Assembly: GCA_002104905.1 (NCBI GenBank)
Contig: MCFE01000031.1
Span: 124,001 to 188,000, forward strand
Reading direction: 5' to 3'
Length of the DNA: 64,000 nucleotides
DNA from: Basidiobolus meristosporus CBS 931.73
Taxonomy: Eukaryota; Fungi; Basidiobolomycota
Below, one piece after another: positions 23,869-37,694 of the stretch. The position numbers and the translations under genes are program-made. Within the stretch, counting starts at the first letter, position 1. Every line of letters starts with the position of its first letter. The notes beneath the pieces are model-generated. The model searched no databases and was not told the DNA's origin. It was given only the letters and a program-made list of their open reading frames with translations.

Positions 23869-24420
23869 TTATTGACGGCTAGCAACCAATCTCTTGCGGG
23901 CCAATTGGCGCTTGTTGAGCTTGGGGGCCTTGCCATCATCCTCACGCTTAACAGTGGCATCCTCCTCGGCAACGATGATCTCGATGTGGCAGGGGCTGCT
24001 CATGTAAGGGTTGATTCTACCGTGGGCACGGTAGGTACGTCTACGTTGCTTGGGAGCTTGGTTCACTTGGATGTGCTTGACAATCAAAGACTCGGTCTCC
24101 AAACCCTTGTTCTCAGCGTTGCTGTGGGCGTTCTTGAGAAGACCCAACAAGAATTCGGCGGACTTGACGGGCCAGCGTCCCTTGGTGGTACCGAAGGCCT
24201 TGGCTTGAGCGCAGCGACCAATGCCACCGGCGAAGCGGCGGAAAGGAATGCATTGCTTGTGAGACTTGACATCCTCGAGGTAGGTGATAGCCTTGTCCAA
24301 CTTCATGCCGGAGATGGCAGCGGCGGCCTCGCGGGTGTTCTTGAAGTGGACACGAAGGTAAGAGCCACGAGTTTGGGCAGACTTGGCGCTGTTAGCGGGA
24401 GTGGCAGAGTATCTAACCAT
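23869..24420 (-). CDS. RPL17: 60S ribosomal protein L17 (uL22)
   Basis: MVRYS...[14 protein letters not shown]...[21 protein letters not shown]; probable 5' UTR intron 24436-24568. Confidence 0.97.
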   Translation of the reverse strand: MVRYSATPANSAKSAQTRGSYLRVHFKNTREAAAAISGMKLDKAITYLEDVKSHKQCIPFRRFAGGIGRCAQAKAFGTTKGRWPVKSAEFLLGLLKNAHSNAENKGLETESLIVKHIQVNQAPKQRRRTYRAHGRINPYMSSPCHIEIIVAEEDATVKREDDGKAPKLNKRQLARKRLVASRQ

Positions 24421-25056
24421 CTTTTATTAACTGACCTGTAAGGGAAACGTTCCAGCATTAATCTAAGTATATGGACATGGGATGGATGCAACGGAGATTC
24501 GAACAGATTGCACCATCTCCTCTCGAAATCATGTGCAAATCCCAACAAACGTAATTCTAAAACTTTACCTACAAGAGTAAGCTCGAGAGGTATGGTAGCG
24601 GAGAGAGACAGCAACCCAGTCAGTGCCAGAGTCTATATCTGATGGCAGTTGGTTTCTATCGGCCGATCCTATTGGCTGGCAAACAAATGCGCAAATTTTT
24701 CCTCTGATGAGCGGCACTCCACCACCCATTCTGATGAGCCGGCCCTCCTCCACCTTTCCACATCCACCGAACTCTTGTCCCGCATCCTAATTAAATATGC
24801 TTTATTGTAAACCGACTGAAGTATGAGAAATGGGTTGTGTTCCAAATGCACGAGGGAAGAACGAATACAAGCGAAGTAATAAAAGCAAGAGAACGGATTC
24901 TAACGAAATTAACAAAACAAACAGTCTGTCGCTCGGCTTCTTCGGGGTGCGAGCTTCATTAAAAGTAGACAAAGAACAAGAGAGGAGAATGTAACCAATA
25001 TATATACAAGGGTTCCATCGCTGATAGCTGCGTTAGCTTTTTAAATAGAATCTAGT

Positions 25057-26281
25057 TTACCGCGCCTCCAGGGCCTTGAGTTTGGAGTCCACCAAGTCAC
25101 TAAGGTCCTTTAGACAGGAGTCGGTCAAGGTGTATAAATCGAAGTGGAACTCTCCTAATAAATGGAAGGAAATCGAATTTAGAAATGGTCATCAGTGAGC
25201 ATTGTCAGGCTCCTCGTATTACCCTCCACATCTTCGTTCACATATGTGTTTTTGCTCTTTCGTTCCTTGACAAAATTCACGACATCTACGATATCACTCC
25301 CAGACAGCTTATACAGTTTCTCGGCAAGCAGTTCGCAGTTAATCTAAACGCAAGCATGACGTTGAGTGAGCAATGTTGGATATGTGGATGGCTTCAGTGA
25401 TCGATGTTACCAATTCGGCCTTTTCGTCTTTCTCCGGTGAGATGGACGATAAGGATGGGACCACCATATCGGAGTCTGGTTTGGGCTTCTTTCTGGAAGA
25501 CTTGGCCTTGTATGTAGTGCTTCGTTTTCCTTTGGCGGCGGTGGATTTTTCAGGGGTGGAGACCTCCTCTCCCTCAGAATCCTTTCCACCCCCCAACGCT
25601 TTCAAGAGCGCGCCTTTGGGATTGCTAAATGTCTACAAGCCTAAAGTCAGACCGGCACTTCTTTTGAAGGTAAGGAGCATACTTACGACGACGTGTGGCA
25701 CTTCATAATGAGTGGAGCGAAAATTGAGGTCGTGCTCTAAGGGGTAGGTGGTCTTGTCGACAAAATGTAGGATGACCTGCATATCGAACTCGCCCCAACC
25801 TTTCTCTTGGAGAGAATAAGGCGGTTTGGATGTCACTGTTCAATTACAAAGAGAGGGGTTGTGTGAGTTGGATCTGAGTTGAAGTTGGGTACGTGAGTGG
25901 TTGGGTGTCCGCGATGGCTCGAAATCAACAACAAAAAATACGCGTATTTCTGCGGGAACACGCACGTCCAAGTACTGATGAAAGATTGTGGTGACTCCTC
26001 AGCATACGCCAAGAAAAAGGCGCCACGCGGGCACGCCAACATACAGAGGCTTGTAGAAAAGGAAAAGAGCACTTACTTCTTTTTGGATTGGTAAAGCTAG
26101 GGTGGAGTATGTATTCCACCTTCTCCACATATTCCATGTTGCATCTTTCATTATTTTCGTCCAAACCATACACCGACAGTTTCCATTTGCGAATGGGGTG
26201 GCCACTAACAGGCTTTGCACCCTTCATGATCTCATGCTCAGTAACAAGCTGGACCTTCTTTGTGATCGTGTTGACTTTCAT
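25057..26281 (-). CDS. TAF14: Taf14-like YEATS + ET domain protein, 5 exons
   Basis: RKWKLSV..VEKVEYILHPSFTNPKR..PPYSLQEKGWGEF; C-terminal LAEKLYKL..GEFHFDLYTL. Confidence 0.82.
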
Positions 26282-27010
26282 GAGTAAACGCCTAAAACTA
26301 CCGTCTTCCCTGGATTCTTCACAGTTGTTTGGTTATCGAACCTGCAAGAACAATAAAATGTAACGCCAAGTTAAAGTCACGTATAAAGCTGTTTAGGATC
26401 TATGTTAGATTAATTTCCCAAATCTGTAAGTTTAGTTTTGCGCACGCGACATTCATCACGAGAAATCAGTAATGGATTTTTTTTCATTTTTCTATGGACT
26501 CGATTCAATGATCCCTAAGCCAATAATTGACTGCTTAAATGATTGGAGTCCTGGGTCTTGAATACCGTCATTTTCAAAAAACCTACCGGTGCTTTGGTGC
26601 TTGAATGCATGGAGAAATAGGAAATCTAAACAATGGCTTGGTGTTGGTGCTTTAGTTTATTTACGGGGGTTTTTATTGGAAAATGGTAAAGAATGTACTG
26701 ATTTTGATTGGGTTAAATACAGAATAAGCTGGTGGAAGTTCTCATGGCATGTTCAACGAATCTCTCCGTCACCCAGGAGCTCGCGTCAGTCAAAGGACTG
26801 TCTAAGGTGCTTGTGTACATTTGCCAGCAAAAGGAATAAAGATAGGTGATAGATGATAATAATTTATGCAAAAATAAGAAGCAAATACAAACATACGATG
26901 GGATAGGTGCGATATTAATCGTGGCAATGTGAAGCTGGTCTTGTTCCTGGACAAGTGGAGTGGAAGAGGTGTGCTTTTCCGCGGTAACATGAAGGTAGGT
27001 TGTGATAGTA

Positions 27011-29532
27011 TCAGTACAATGCATTGTGGGAGGCTATGATCTTACGTTCCTCGGTGTCAATGGCATTGACTGCGCTGTTCAACGTGAGAACCTTCTTTGA
27101 TAAGGTGCCGAAATACTCTTTAGCCTCAACGGCCGCCTTCTGCTTCATTGTTTGCTGTAGACGTTTCTCCTCCTGAACCTTGACGGCGTTTTGGAAACGT
27201 GTTTGCAAGTCCCATGAGGACATTCTTAGAATGTTTCTGCTTTCCTTGGTAATGCGCTGGACTTGATTGTGAACGTAGTTGGTCTTCCGGACGTTATCAC
27301 GAATCTTGTTGGCAATCTTGCGCTCTACCACATGGCGCATGTCAGAAACGATGAAATAAACAGCTCCGGCACCTATATAGTGATGGTGAGTGTCATTCTA
27401 GGCGCTGAAATGAATCCCAACTCTAACTTACCAACAACCACGCTAAGCCATCCCCAACGTCTAGGTTGGAACCCGATGCTGCTTCCCATGTCCAAGAAGC
27501 TTGTGAACAGCTTCTGATAGCCTATGTATTTGCCGAGAATCATTCCAGCTGAGCCCAAGGATAAAGTCATCATATTGAACTTCTCTCTCAAATCAATCAA
27601 ATCGGTGATTTCGACCTGAATGTCCAGCTTCTTAGTTGGGCTTGGGACACAGAATAGTGACTCGACGTCGATCTCTGATTGCGACTGATCCAGGTGCTTG
27701 TTTGCCCCAAGTTTGTCTAATCTTTGAAGACCAACTGAGGTACGCTCTTTAGCCTTGATCTCACATTCGACAACCCGATTTTCAACAAAGTTCACCATAG
27801 TGTTCTTCACTTGTTGAGCGAACTGCCATACGTAGAGAAGTCCCTTCCATTCGACAACAGAGGAGAACTCTTCCAAGGTTTCAATGGCATTGTTAAGCTT
27901 GGAGCGAGAGTGCAAGTCAACATAGCTACAAATGTCCTCCAATATCCTATCAGCGTCATTGATGATGCGTTGGCTACGATTGATGATCTCTTCGTAAGCT
28001 GGCTTGTCTTCCTCCAGACTTTGAGTGGCTTCCGCCAGATCTTTTTCGGCCTTTTCACGATTATAGGCGGATAAGATACTGATGTCACTGAAAATATTTT
28101 TCAAGAACAATTTCGCGGGAGCCAGCTTGGACTTGGCACGTTTTTCCAAAGCAAATGAGCGCAGGCTTTGCTCCAATTTGGCGAACTCTTCGGGTGTTTC
28201 TTCCGAGTTTAGACAGTTACTGGCGCTGACAAAGTGCACAAAATCGTCAGCGTCTTCATATGTGCGGGGAGATATCTCTTTGATTTGCTCCAGGATTTGT
28301 CGTTTGCATCTGGCCTTGTCACGGATGTTATCGAACCGATTGACAACAATAAAGATATACTCCTTTTCACGGCCAGCGCTTCTCAAGAACTCTTCGCCCT
28401 AGATGAAAAGCATGTTTAAATATTCAACCGTTGTCGATCAGATGATAATCCGGCACTTACCGAAAGGGTAAAATGATTCTCAGCGCCAACAACAAATACT
28501 ACAACATCGATCTCCTCTTGACGAGCAAACAAAGCAGTGGTCTTGATGGAATCTCTGTTTAATCCAGGTGAGTCGATTAGAGCAATGTCGACTATCCCGT
28601 TGTGGAGCAGACTCTCTTTAGCTTCGCGCCTGTCGGTGCAGTAGACTTTGAGCATCGAGTATACTTCATAATCATCAAGAACAGTAGTTTTCGAGGTGTC
28701 TCAAATCAATCCTAGTGTAGGTGGAGGGGTCGTTTCTATCATATTTCGAGGCATCGGTGATTCCGTGTACTTCCTCCACTCCCTCATTCATCTGAGCATC
28801 CAATACTTCGCAGAAGAGAGATGTACAGGGCTGCTGATCAGCGGGGACAACTTCGCGTTTTAAGAGGGCGTTTACAAGGGTACTCTTGCCCGCATTAAGG
28901 TCACCTGTGACCAGCATTTTAGAGCTAGTATCGGAGATTCTAGCATAAAGCTTGTTCAAGTGAGTCAAGGCATGACCGAAACGTTCGTCTAGGAGCTTAG
29001 AAATAGAGGACTCTTCTAGCTTGCTAACATCAAGAGAAGTTTGAGTGCCGAGTTTGACATCAAGCTTCAATACATTAAGCCCCAACTCCGCTTTATCAAC
29101 GCTAGCGGTAGGGATGTTAGAAGATGAGTTCGAACGAGCTCTACGAAGAGGACCCTCCACTGGCTTACTTTCTTGATCCTCTCTGTAGGTTTGGTTACGT
29201 CTGATAGGACGTCTTTGGCCCTCATTAGTGAGCCATGGATATTGAATAGCTCGACGGTTCTGGTTAGTACAACGTAGTTCCTCCACCATGCCCTGAGCAC
29301 TTCGTATCAACCCAAGCAAACGACTACTTTTATCAGCATATATCTGTTGTTGGGCATATTGGTCGAGAGGATTGATAAAGGGGGAGGCAGGTGGAGTAGG
29401 GGTTTGACCTAAGTGAAGAGTTCTAGAAGCAGGCCTGACATTGGCAGCTCTTGAGGTACTGGGCTGCTCCAAGTCTAAAGCAGCGAGACCAGAGGCGTTT
29501 GTGTTTTTCGAGGAGTATGGTAAATACGACAT
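27011..29532 (-). CDS. FZO1: Mitofusin GTPase Fzo1, 3 exons, with a 1-bp frameshift at ~28687
   Basis: [45 protein letters not shown] hairpin, C-terminal coiled coil. Confidence 0.88.
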
Positions 29533-30439
29533 TACGAAAAAAATATCGATGAAAGTTTCTCTAAAGAATTAGAAGAAAGCAGTCAGCAAGAGAAATGTGT
29601 GTACTCTAGGACTCTTATGTAGATGGAACAGAGTTAGGGGTGTCGAGTAAGGGAGCAGCTTTTGGAGATTTTTGCATTTCCTAATCCGAATGCCCTGGGT
29701 CCCTCGTATTCTCCCCATTCATTAAGAAATTTATTTGTTTCTAATGGAGAGGGAATATCGTTTCGTATTTACAATCTTACGAGTTGATTCGAGATCACAT
29801 TGTAGGTATTTTCTCACCAATAAACTCGCCCTCGCCTTGGATCCCATTCGCCCACCACTCGAGAGAAGTGTGGTAATTATCGTGATCGGGGTTGGGAAGC
29901 GGATTTTGCCGGCTTTTGGTTCCTCAACCAACATTCCCCAAGAATATTTCGAATTGGGGAAGAGGCTGAACATCTCTAAATTAGGGAAGTTTTTTATTTT
30001 ATTTCTGATGCAGCAGCGGTAGATCTTTATATTTAAGCACATTGCTAACTTTAATCCCGAACATGACTAGGCGAAACGGTATTGGGCTATCATGAGGAGT
30101 TTCAAATGTTAGGCGAAGTTTAGGATTGGATCATTACGTAAATAGGGTCGAAGATGCTTTGGGTGGAATCAGGATGTAAGCAAGCTGCATATCGGCGATT
30201 TAGTGTAATGGAATAGGAACAGCAGTAGCATGGATGCCATCGTTGTATGGGAAATAATGGTAACACGGACCTCCAACGCATGGCTCGGTGATTTTCACGG
30301 TCATCAAGCACTTCCACAAGTCCCGTTTCCCATGAATACGTGGATATGATTTAGGTAACATTGAATTCAAACCAATTTTATTTAGCATACATTCAAACTA
30401 CGAGGAGAGCATGACTGCAGTCCACACAGTAGGTTCCAT

Positions 30440-32047
30440 TTAGGCTCTACCAAGGCGTTTCTTGAGTTCCTGAATCATCTCGCTTCTAGAAATAGTGACA
30501 CCACCGGCATTTTCTTGCTGTTTGGCTGACATATCTTTGATCTTAACGATTCCTTGCTCTAATTCATCCTTTCCAATAATAACTGCCCAGGGAATTCTGT
30601 CGCGATCACAGACGCTGAATTGTGCCTGGAGTTTGGGCTTGGCCTTGTACATGTATTCTGCTTTAATGCCACTCTCCCAGAGTTCGGTGGCAATCTGCAT
30701 ACGCTCTTCAAGAAGACCATCACCGACTGCGATGACATATACTTCGCACTCATTGGATTTAATGCTCTCCAATTGGCTTCTTCTCATGATGATGGAGAAC
30801 ACACGCTCGACACCAATGCTAAGTCCGACACAGGGGATGTTGCTCTTTTTGCTACCACCGGCAAACATACCAACCAAGTTGTCGTAACGACCTCCGGCGG
30901 AAACGGATCCGATACGAGTTTGACTGTCATCATCACCAGCTTCCTTGGCCTTCTTCTTCATTTCAGCGGTGATTTCTGGGAGAAGATTTTCTTCGACTAC
31001 TGCCTCATAAATGACACCGGTATAGTAATCCAATCCTCTGGCAAGACTGAGATCAAAGGAGACATACTCCAAAACTTTGAAAATCTCAAGATATCTCAAG
31101 AATAGCTTCATGTCATTAAGACCAGCCTTGGCGCTAGCGTTGGCCATCAACACATCGTCTTGCTCCAATTTCTCCAAAAGATCCCGTCCACCCTTAAGTT
31201 TGACATATTCGCCAATCTTATCGGCAACAGCCCCATCGAGTCCCTTATCTTGAGTCATCTCCTTACGGACATCAGCCCAAGGCATCTTATCCAACTTATC
31301 AACAGCAGAGGAGATGGTACGGATTTTGTCGGCGGGAACGCCACAAACTTCGAAGAGACCGTCGAGAATCTTTCTGTGGTTTACTTTAATGGTGAACTTT
31401 CCTACATCCAATGCGCTAAGGATCTCGACAACGATGCGGATGACCTCGGAATCAGGCACCATAGGCTCGTAGGTTCCGGCAATATCAAAATCGCACTGAT
31501 AGAATTCTCTCATTCTACCCTTGGTCATAGCAGGCTGGTCACGACGGTAGACCTTAGCAATTTGGTAGCGTTTGATGTTTTGGTAAGTAGTACCGTTCAT
31601 TGCCAAGAAACGGGCAAAGGGAACAGTAAGGTCGTAACGAAGGGCACATTTTTCACCACCTTGGTCTTCAAGATCGTAGATAAGTTTGCTATCTTCTCCG
31701 TATTTACCGGTCAAGATTTCTTTGAGCTCAAAGACTGGTGTATCAATCGTGACACCACCGTGACGTTTGAAGACGTTGATGATGGTGGAGAAGATGTGTT
31801 CACGAATGGCCATTTCCTTGTCGTTGTAATCTTTGGTACCCTTGGGAGTCTTCAAAGTGAAGGCATTGCCCTTCTTCTTCTTGCCATCGGTGCTTTCACC
31901 TGTAAGTGCAGCAAGTTGCTTTTTCAAGCCCAGTAGGACGGCGACTTCAGCATCAACCTCCGCCTTGTCAGCGTTTGAAATTTTGAGGGCACGTACTTTG
32001 TCCCCGACTTGGGTGATGGACTCTTTGAGGGATTCGACACTAGTCAT
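30440..32047 (-). CDS. HTS1: Histidyl-tRNA synthetase with N-terminal WHEP domain, intronless
   Basis: [55 protein letters not shown]. Confidence 0.96.
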   Translation of the reverse strand: MTSVESLKESITQVGDKVRALKISNADKAEVDAEVAVLLGLKKQLAALTGESTDGKKKKGNAFTLKTPKGTKDYNDKEMAIREHIFSTIINVFKRHGGVTIDTPVFELKEILTGKYGEDSKLIYDLEDQGGEKCALRYDLTVPFARFLAMNGTTYQNIKRYQIAKVYRRDQPAMTKGRMREFYQCDFDIAGTYEPMVPDSEVIRIVVEILSALDVGKFTIKVNHRKILDGLFEVCGVPADKIRTISSAVDKLDKMPWADVRKEMTQDKGLDGAVADKIGEYVKLKGGRDLLEKLEQDDVLMANASAKAGLNDMKLFLRYLEIFKVLEYVSFDLSLARGLDYYTGVIYEAVVEENLLPEITAEMKKKAKEAGDDDSQTRIGSVSAGGRYDNLVGMFAGGSKKSNIPCVGLSIGVERVFSIIMRRSQLESIKSNECEVYVIAVGDGLLEERMQIATELWESGIKAEYMYKAKPKLQAQFSVCDRDRIPWAVIIGKDELEQGIVKIKDMSAKQQENAGGVTISRSEMIQELKKRLGRA

Positions 32048-32353
32048 AACTGTAAGGCTACTTTGGGCCAAAGTGGCTTCTCACTGTATGGCCGCCTTCT
32101 AGGGGAATTTTTTTTCATTTTTTCGATTTTTTTAACACAACATACACTCCGATTACCTTGATCAATCGATTTGTGAAGTCGGATAGCGCTAATCAAGCGA
32201 CTGATCCATCAATCTCGGCAGATATCTTGGGTTGCCACACAATGAGTAATAATGAGAAAGACAAGATTCGCTTCAAGTGACGAAGTGATTTATTGAAATC
32301 TGTACAAAATATACCATGTGAGGTGTAGAACCAAGGTGCCAATAAATGCGCGC

Positions 32354-33700
32354 TTATTCACGTCCGGTGAGCTCTTTGGTTTCTTGAACAGTGGCTTCAA
32401 GATCTTCACTGACGTATTTATCGAAAAGATCCTGCTTTCTTCTTCGGACAAGAAAGCCCTCCACATCCTTCTGAGATGGAACATCCACGTGGGCAATAAA
32501 CTTCACTTCGGAGTTATCCACATCGCCCTCAGCCACAGAAATGCTGGCTGGCTCTCGGGAGATGCTTCCTTCGCCTCCTTTCCTCTTCCTGCCCTTGGCG
32601 GTTCCTTGGTCATACTCCACCAGTATAAGGTCGTTGCTTTCTTCCAACCTAGCCCTCACTTGAAGGGAAAACCGGGTTCAGTACGGAGCCTGTTTCCGAA
32701 GGTAAACAAGGATACTTACGCTCTTTCTCTTGCTTTTCCTCGTATTCCAATAAAATACCATCGTCTTCATCGCGATAGCCGTAATAGTCGGCATTGACAT
32801 TCTTATACATCTCGTAGCGCGACTTGGATTCTACCTCTTGAGCGGCTGGATTCACCCGTAGCGAAGTTGGCCGTAAGTACGCTATTCACTGATTGGCCAG
32901 ATAAATACGTTACCTTCCACTTCAAACAACTCCTTCACCCCAGGCAGCTCTCTCGCTCGACCAAAGTACCTAGAAAAGATGAAAAGTGAGGGGCAGTCCA
33001 CCGGCAAGCCTTAATCTCGGAGATTTTACTTGTATCCACGGTTCCCAGGCACCGATTTGCCTTCATTGTCAATTATTCGCGGTGCTATTCTCTAATTACG
33101 CGAATTGAACGTGAGCTTATTCTGGTGTTGACGAACAGTCGACTCGACTGAACTATACCCTATAATCCGGACCGCCTAGATCTTTTATCTGTCTTTCCCA
33201 ATGACCCTTCTCTCGAATGAGCTTGTTGATCTCGTCGTTCATATCTCTGACCTGATAATCCGAAAGTCCGGCTGTCAATGAAAGAGGTAAAAGTAAGTAT
33301 ACGGCATTATGGCGGCCTCACTCGATACACTCCAGCCAAACTAGTACGATCCTACTAGATTTATACATACAGTTCTGGATCTGGGTCACTTTGCGAGAAA
33401 TTTCGTTGATAATTTGACGTCTCCATTTCTCTGCTTCCGGTAAACTACGGCACTCTGAGGCTAGATAAGGTCTGCGCTCATTCTTGTTGAATCCTAGTTC
33501 TGCGGCTCTGGCATCGCGGAACCGATGGAGCATAGATCTGGAAAATAAATTACACGCTTTCTTAGTAAACAATGGTCGGAATGGGAGCCAAGGTGGGCGG
33601 GTATTACTGAGCCTTTTCTTCATTACGTGCCTAGATAGGGTTAGGTAGGTATGTTTAGAGACATGTTTGGGTGTAACGAGTAAAACGGAGAACATACCAT
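32354..33700 (-). CDS. ISY1: Pre-mRNA splicing factor Isy1, 8 exons
   Basis: [72 protein letters not shown]. Confidence 0.92.
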
Positions 33701-33983
33701 CTCTACGATACAGGTTCGCTTGTACAAGCAACGGTGGAGGAAGTTGGATTAAAAGGGAGGTTTAATCAAAAACGGCAAGATATCCCGACTCGCAACAATC
33801 TAATCAACCTGCGAGCATTTCGTGACGACGGGCATCCCCTCCGAAATTTTTGAATTTGAAATTTCCAAATCATGGGATTCCGAATTGGAAAAAAGATTTT
33901 GAATTTATTCGTCTAAGAAAAACTTTTGCTTAGTTGTGTTTGCCGAGACTCAAGCTTATCAGTACTTCGTCTTTATTTTGAAT

Positions 33984-34590
33984 ATGAGTTTCGTTAGCAG
34001 AGCATTCCAAGCGATAAATAGGGTTAAATGCGCCGGTTTCAGACCCAGAGGGATGGAGGAATTTTTCGAGGGTGGCATGGCCCTTCCCAAGGAGCAGCCC
34101 AAGACCGGTAAAGTCTTTCTCTCTCTTCCCAGACAACCAGACATCCTCCTAACCACCAGCGTTCAACATGTATAGGCCGCTCTTGGAGAGCCGGAGAGTT
34201 GCGTAACAAGAGTTTCGAAGACCTGCATAAGCTTTGGTATGTTGTGCTCAAGGAACGCAACATGTTGGCCAGTCAAAATGAAGAAGCCAAGCGTTGGGGA
34301 ATCACCGAGCAATTCTTCACCAACAAGACCAGAGTCATTAAGGTTTGTTGAGTGGTTTATTTCCTTTGCAGGGTTTCCGTGTGAACTTCTGGCTCACCCG
34401 GTGCTTTCGCTTTCTCTAGTGCAAGAAGACCATGGCCAGAATCAAGTCGGTCCTCAACGAGCGTCGCATAGAATGGGAGAAGGCACAGAAAATCGTCAAG
34501 CAAAATGCCAAGGATGAAGCACCCACTGTTACTGAAACCACTGGCCGTAAGAGCTCCAAGAACAGAACTAAGGGCGCTAAGCATCAATAG
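33984..34590 (+). CDS. MRPL4: Mitochondrial ribosomal protein uL29m (MRPL47/MrpL4), 3 exons
   Basis: [31 protein letters not shown]; [13 protein letters not shown]; divergent from ISY1 across 283 bp. Confidence 0.92.
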
Positions 34591-36959
34591 ACATCCCCTT
34601 CATTATACATATACACAGTGAGATAATAACAATAAACACATTCATCATGCATATTTGTTATAAAGATCGGTTCCATTGGTATGGCGGAGGTGTATTTATG
34701 GTGCTCTGTAGTGTTGAAATCATTCCTACAAGTCCTGGTACACAAGCATTGACCTGTCGGAAAAAACCAGTTAGCATCTTACAATTCTGTGATTAAAGCT
34801 GGCTCTAACATTGCTTGGCAATAATTGTTTGGAATCTTGAAAAAGCAAAGAGTGCCCTTGAACCCCTGCTACAATCTCATATAACCATCTCTATGATACA
34901 GCCTTAGCTCTGGTTCTGTGCAATTCATGCATTCACTTGAACCTTAGGTAACTTATCCACTAGAAAAGTATCAATTCACCCATTTGCAATACTCCTAAAC
35001 CAGGTGGACAGTATGTACTTTTCCGGATCCTCAATAAAGCTCATTAGATTACATTCTCTGGCTGGGCGACGATGGGAACAAATTCACTTACACCTCATGT
35101 CTAAATGTTTACCATATCCGCATACAAAGGACAGCGCATCCAAGGCTGCCGATTAATAATATTGAGTTGATTCCGTTTTCGTGGTTAATTAAAGCCAACG
35201 ATTTTATGATGCATGAGGCTCTTATCATGCCGCCAAGTTGGTCTCCATCCCAAACAACCCGCCGAAATGAATTTGGCTACAGGGCCTCATCCATTAGTGG
35301 AATAAGGGGGATCCGACGCTACCAGTTTGGTAGAATGACAATGATCAAATGTGGAGCTCCTATTAGTGCGGCATCCCTATTCATGAAGAAAAATCGAGTT
35401 AAACTTAGGCTGCATTTGAAGAAAAAATGTTCTCACCGTGTGGGATAGGAGTACTCAGATGTAGATTACTGTTTGCTAGCCCATCACCGCGCTGCCAAAT
35501 CCGACCGTAAACGGGTACATTCCCATCTTCCCTGTCACTGACGAATCTATACAAGATCGATATCTAGGATGGCACATGCTATGGTCAACTGATGGAAAAT
35601 GGGAAATGATTATCTCGAATGTGTGACCAGTGTCACTTTACGTATATGTTCAAAAATGTCATCTCTGATGTGAACTCCAGATAAACTTTCACACACCTGC
35701 GAGCATACTGTAAGCTCCATCGGTGAGAAAATGCTGAAATCCGGAAGGCTTGGGATTATCCTTGCCCATCCGAGAATCCCCGAGGTCCAGTTTAACCATA
35801 TGACAGGATGCCCGACTGCTTTTATAACCGGCTGGGGGAAGATTATTCGCATACTCTCACTTCCACATGAAAATACATGGCTTGGCCACCAAGATTGACT
35901 GCAATCAAGATTCTCGCCATATAAGGATGCCTCATTAGGAGTCAACTGATTGTCACCAAAGTTTTGCATTCCAAAGTGAACCATGGACTGGGATCAATCG
36001 AAAATCTCATGTGGCCTGGCGCGTCGAAATGGCAGTGTAACGCATTGTGTCATACATCCATCAGTCATCTAATGTCAGCATTGGCTAGCTGTCACTTGAG
36101 TACTTTGACATCTCGGGGGGTTTCGGAAAGCCCTTATCTCTTATCACCCGTATCGTCAGGCTCAGAAATACTAGTAACCTGTGTAACACAGATGATCTAT
36201 CCAAGCGGCGTCTAGTCTAACAGGTCGCCCACTGCGCACCATTCAATTCATCCATAGCAGTCGCAGACACAGTCCAACCTTAAAAAAGCAAGTCTTGCAA
36301 AATCCCGATAAGTTCCACTTTGATACATCGTTAATCTCTTGATTATTAAGACAATTAGCAGCGGGTGGCTAAATTAATTGAGTCGCCAGCATTCGAGGCC
36401 AGAACAGTAGATCCTTTGTCTATTTGATGTTACTTGTTTGTGCCGAAACGGTCGATGGAGGCTGGAGGTTTTAATTAAGGTGCGGGCTCCTGGCACGCAA
36501 GTGAGCAATTTAGTGAAATGAAATGTGTAGGGGGAGGTTGAGCTAGGCGAGTGAGCTAGGAGGTAGTTCAGTTACATCCAGGCAATCCAGGATAATCCTG
36601 CACTTATCGGCACGGAGATACATAGATTAGCCTCAGAATCGGCGGATTCCCATGATTATCCACGCCCTTCGGAAGCGGTGATCAAGTGAGACCCTCATAA
36701 TAGCTGTCAAACGGTTTGCTGGAACTAAATCAAGTAATGACAAAACGATAGTAGCCGTTTAATGGTGACCAACCGAGTCTACAAATGGATCTGACCCTGG
36801 TGCTTGTGAACGACTTGATTAAAATACAGTACTAGTGGTGGACGGGGTGAGGCGAAAATATCAACATGCAAGGAGCGGATATCATTACATTAGTGGGGAG
36901 GAGCGGGAGTTGTACAAGAGGATGGAGAGGTGGGAATATTCAATATTATAATGTAATCT

Positions 36960-37694
36960 CTAGTATAGCTTCTGCTTCTTCAGGTAGGAGGACTTCTTTG
37001 ATAAAGATCCCGAAGAATATCTACGCTTGCTAGAGCTGGTTTCCTCTCTTTGGGCCTCTCCGGAGAATTGTATCAATTCCAGGTCGCAGCCCTGTCTTCC
37101 GAGCTCGCCATTTGCCTGGGCACTTTCGATCATGGGCTGCAGGATTCTTCTGCGAGCGTTGATGAACCAGTTGCTGATCTGATTCATGGTGAGTTTGGTT
37201 TCCATTGCTAGGGAGATCTTTTCATCTTCAGTGGGATATGGGTGCTTCACGTGCTTGGCCAGCCATGATTTCAAAATAGCGGTGACTGCTTTGGGAAGGT
37301 TGCCCCGACGCTTCTTTTGGTTTGGTTTGGTAGGGGTGGTGATCTCGGAGCTGTTCTCAAACGAGGATGGTGCTTCAGCGTATGTGGGTGATGGGGATAG
37401 GGATGCGCTGGAGCACGATGAGTCGGAGCTTACGCTTTCCCTGTCGGCCTCATAGTGGACAGGCTCAGGGGCGTAGCTGTAGCCAGTCCATTCTTTGGCG
37501 TTGTGGAAGAGCATCTCTTCAATGCGCTCTTTGTGTCCGCCAATGTAGCTACGAGGTTGCTGATCATTATGAATGATGACGACAGGGCTAAATACTCGTG
37601 GCTATTGATGGAAGATGGATTAGATGGAATGTTTACATGCAGAGGAGTGTTTCATGCGAACCTTAGAATCAGGGTAAGAAAGGTGAACGGCCAT
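36960..37694 (-). CDS. TALE-class homeobox transcription factor (Cup9/TGIF-like), 2 exons
   Basis: [47 protein letters not shown]; intron 37602-37661 gives start [11 protein letters not shown]. Confidence 0.85.

Noticed and set aside
23872-24441. 189-aa + strand ORF
   Set aside because: Antisense shadow of RPL17
25837-26075. Long TAF14 intron as a snoRNA host
   Set aside because: No convincing C/D or H/ACA boxes seen
30495-31936. Several long + strand ORFs
   Set aside because: Antisense shadows of HTS1
32048-32071. TTG-initiated extension of HisRS as a possible mitochondrial isoform
   Set aside because: Only 8 codons before an in-frame stop region; no presequence character
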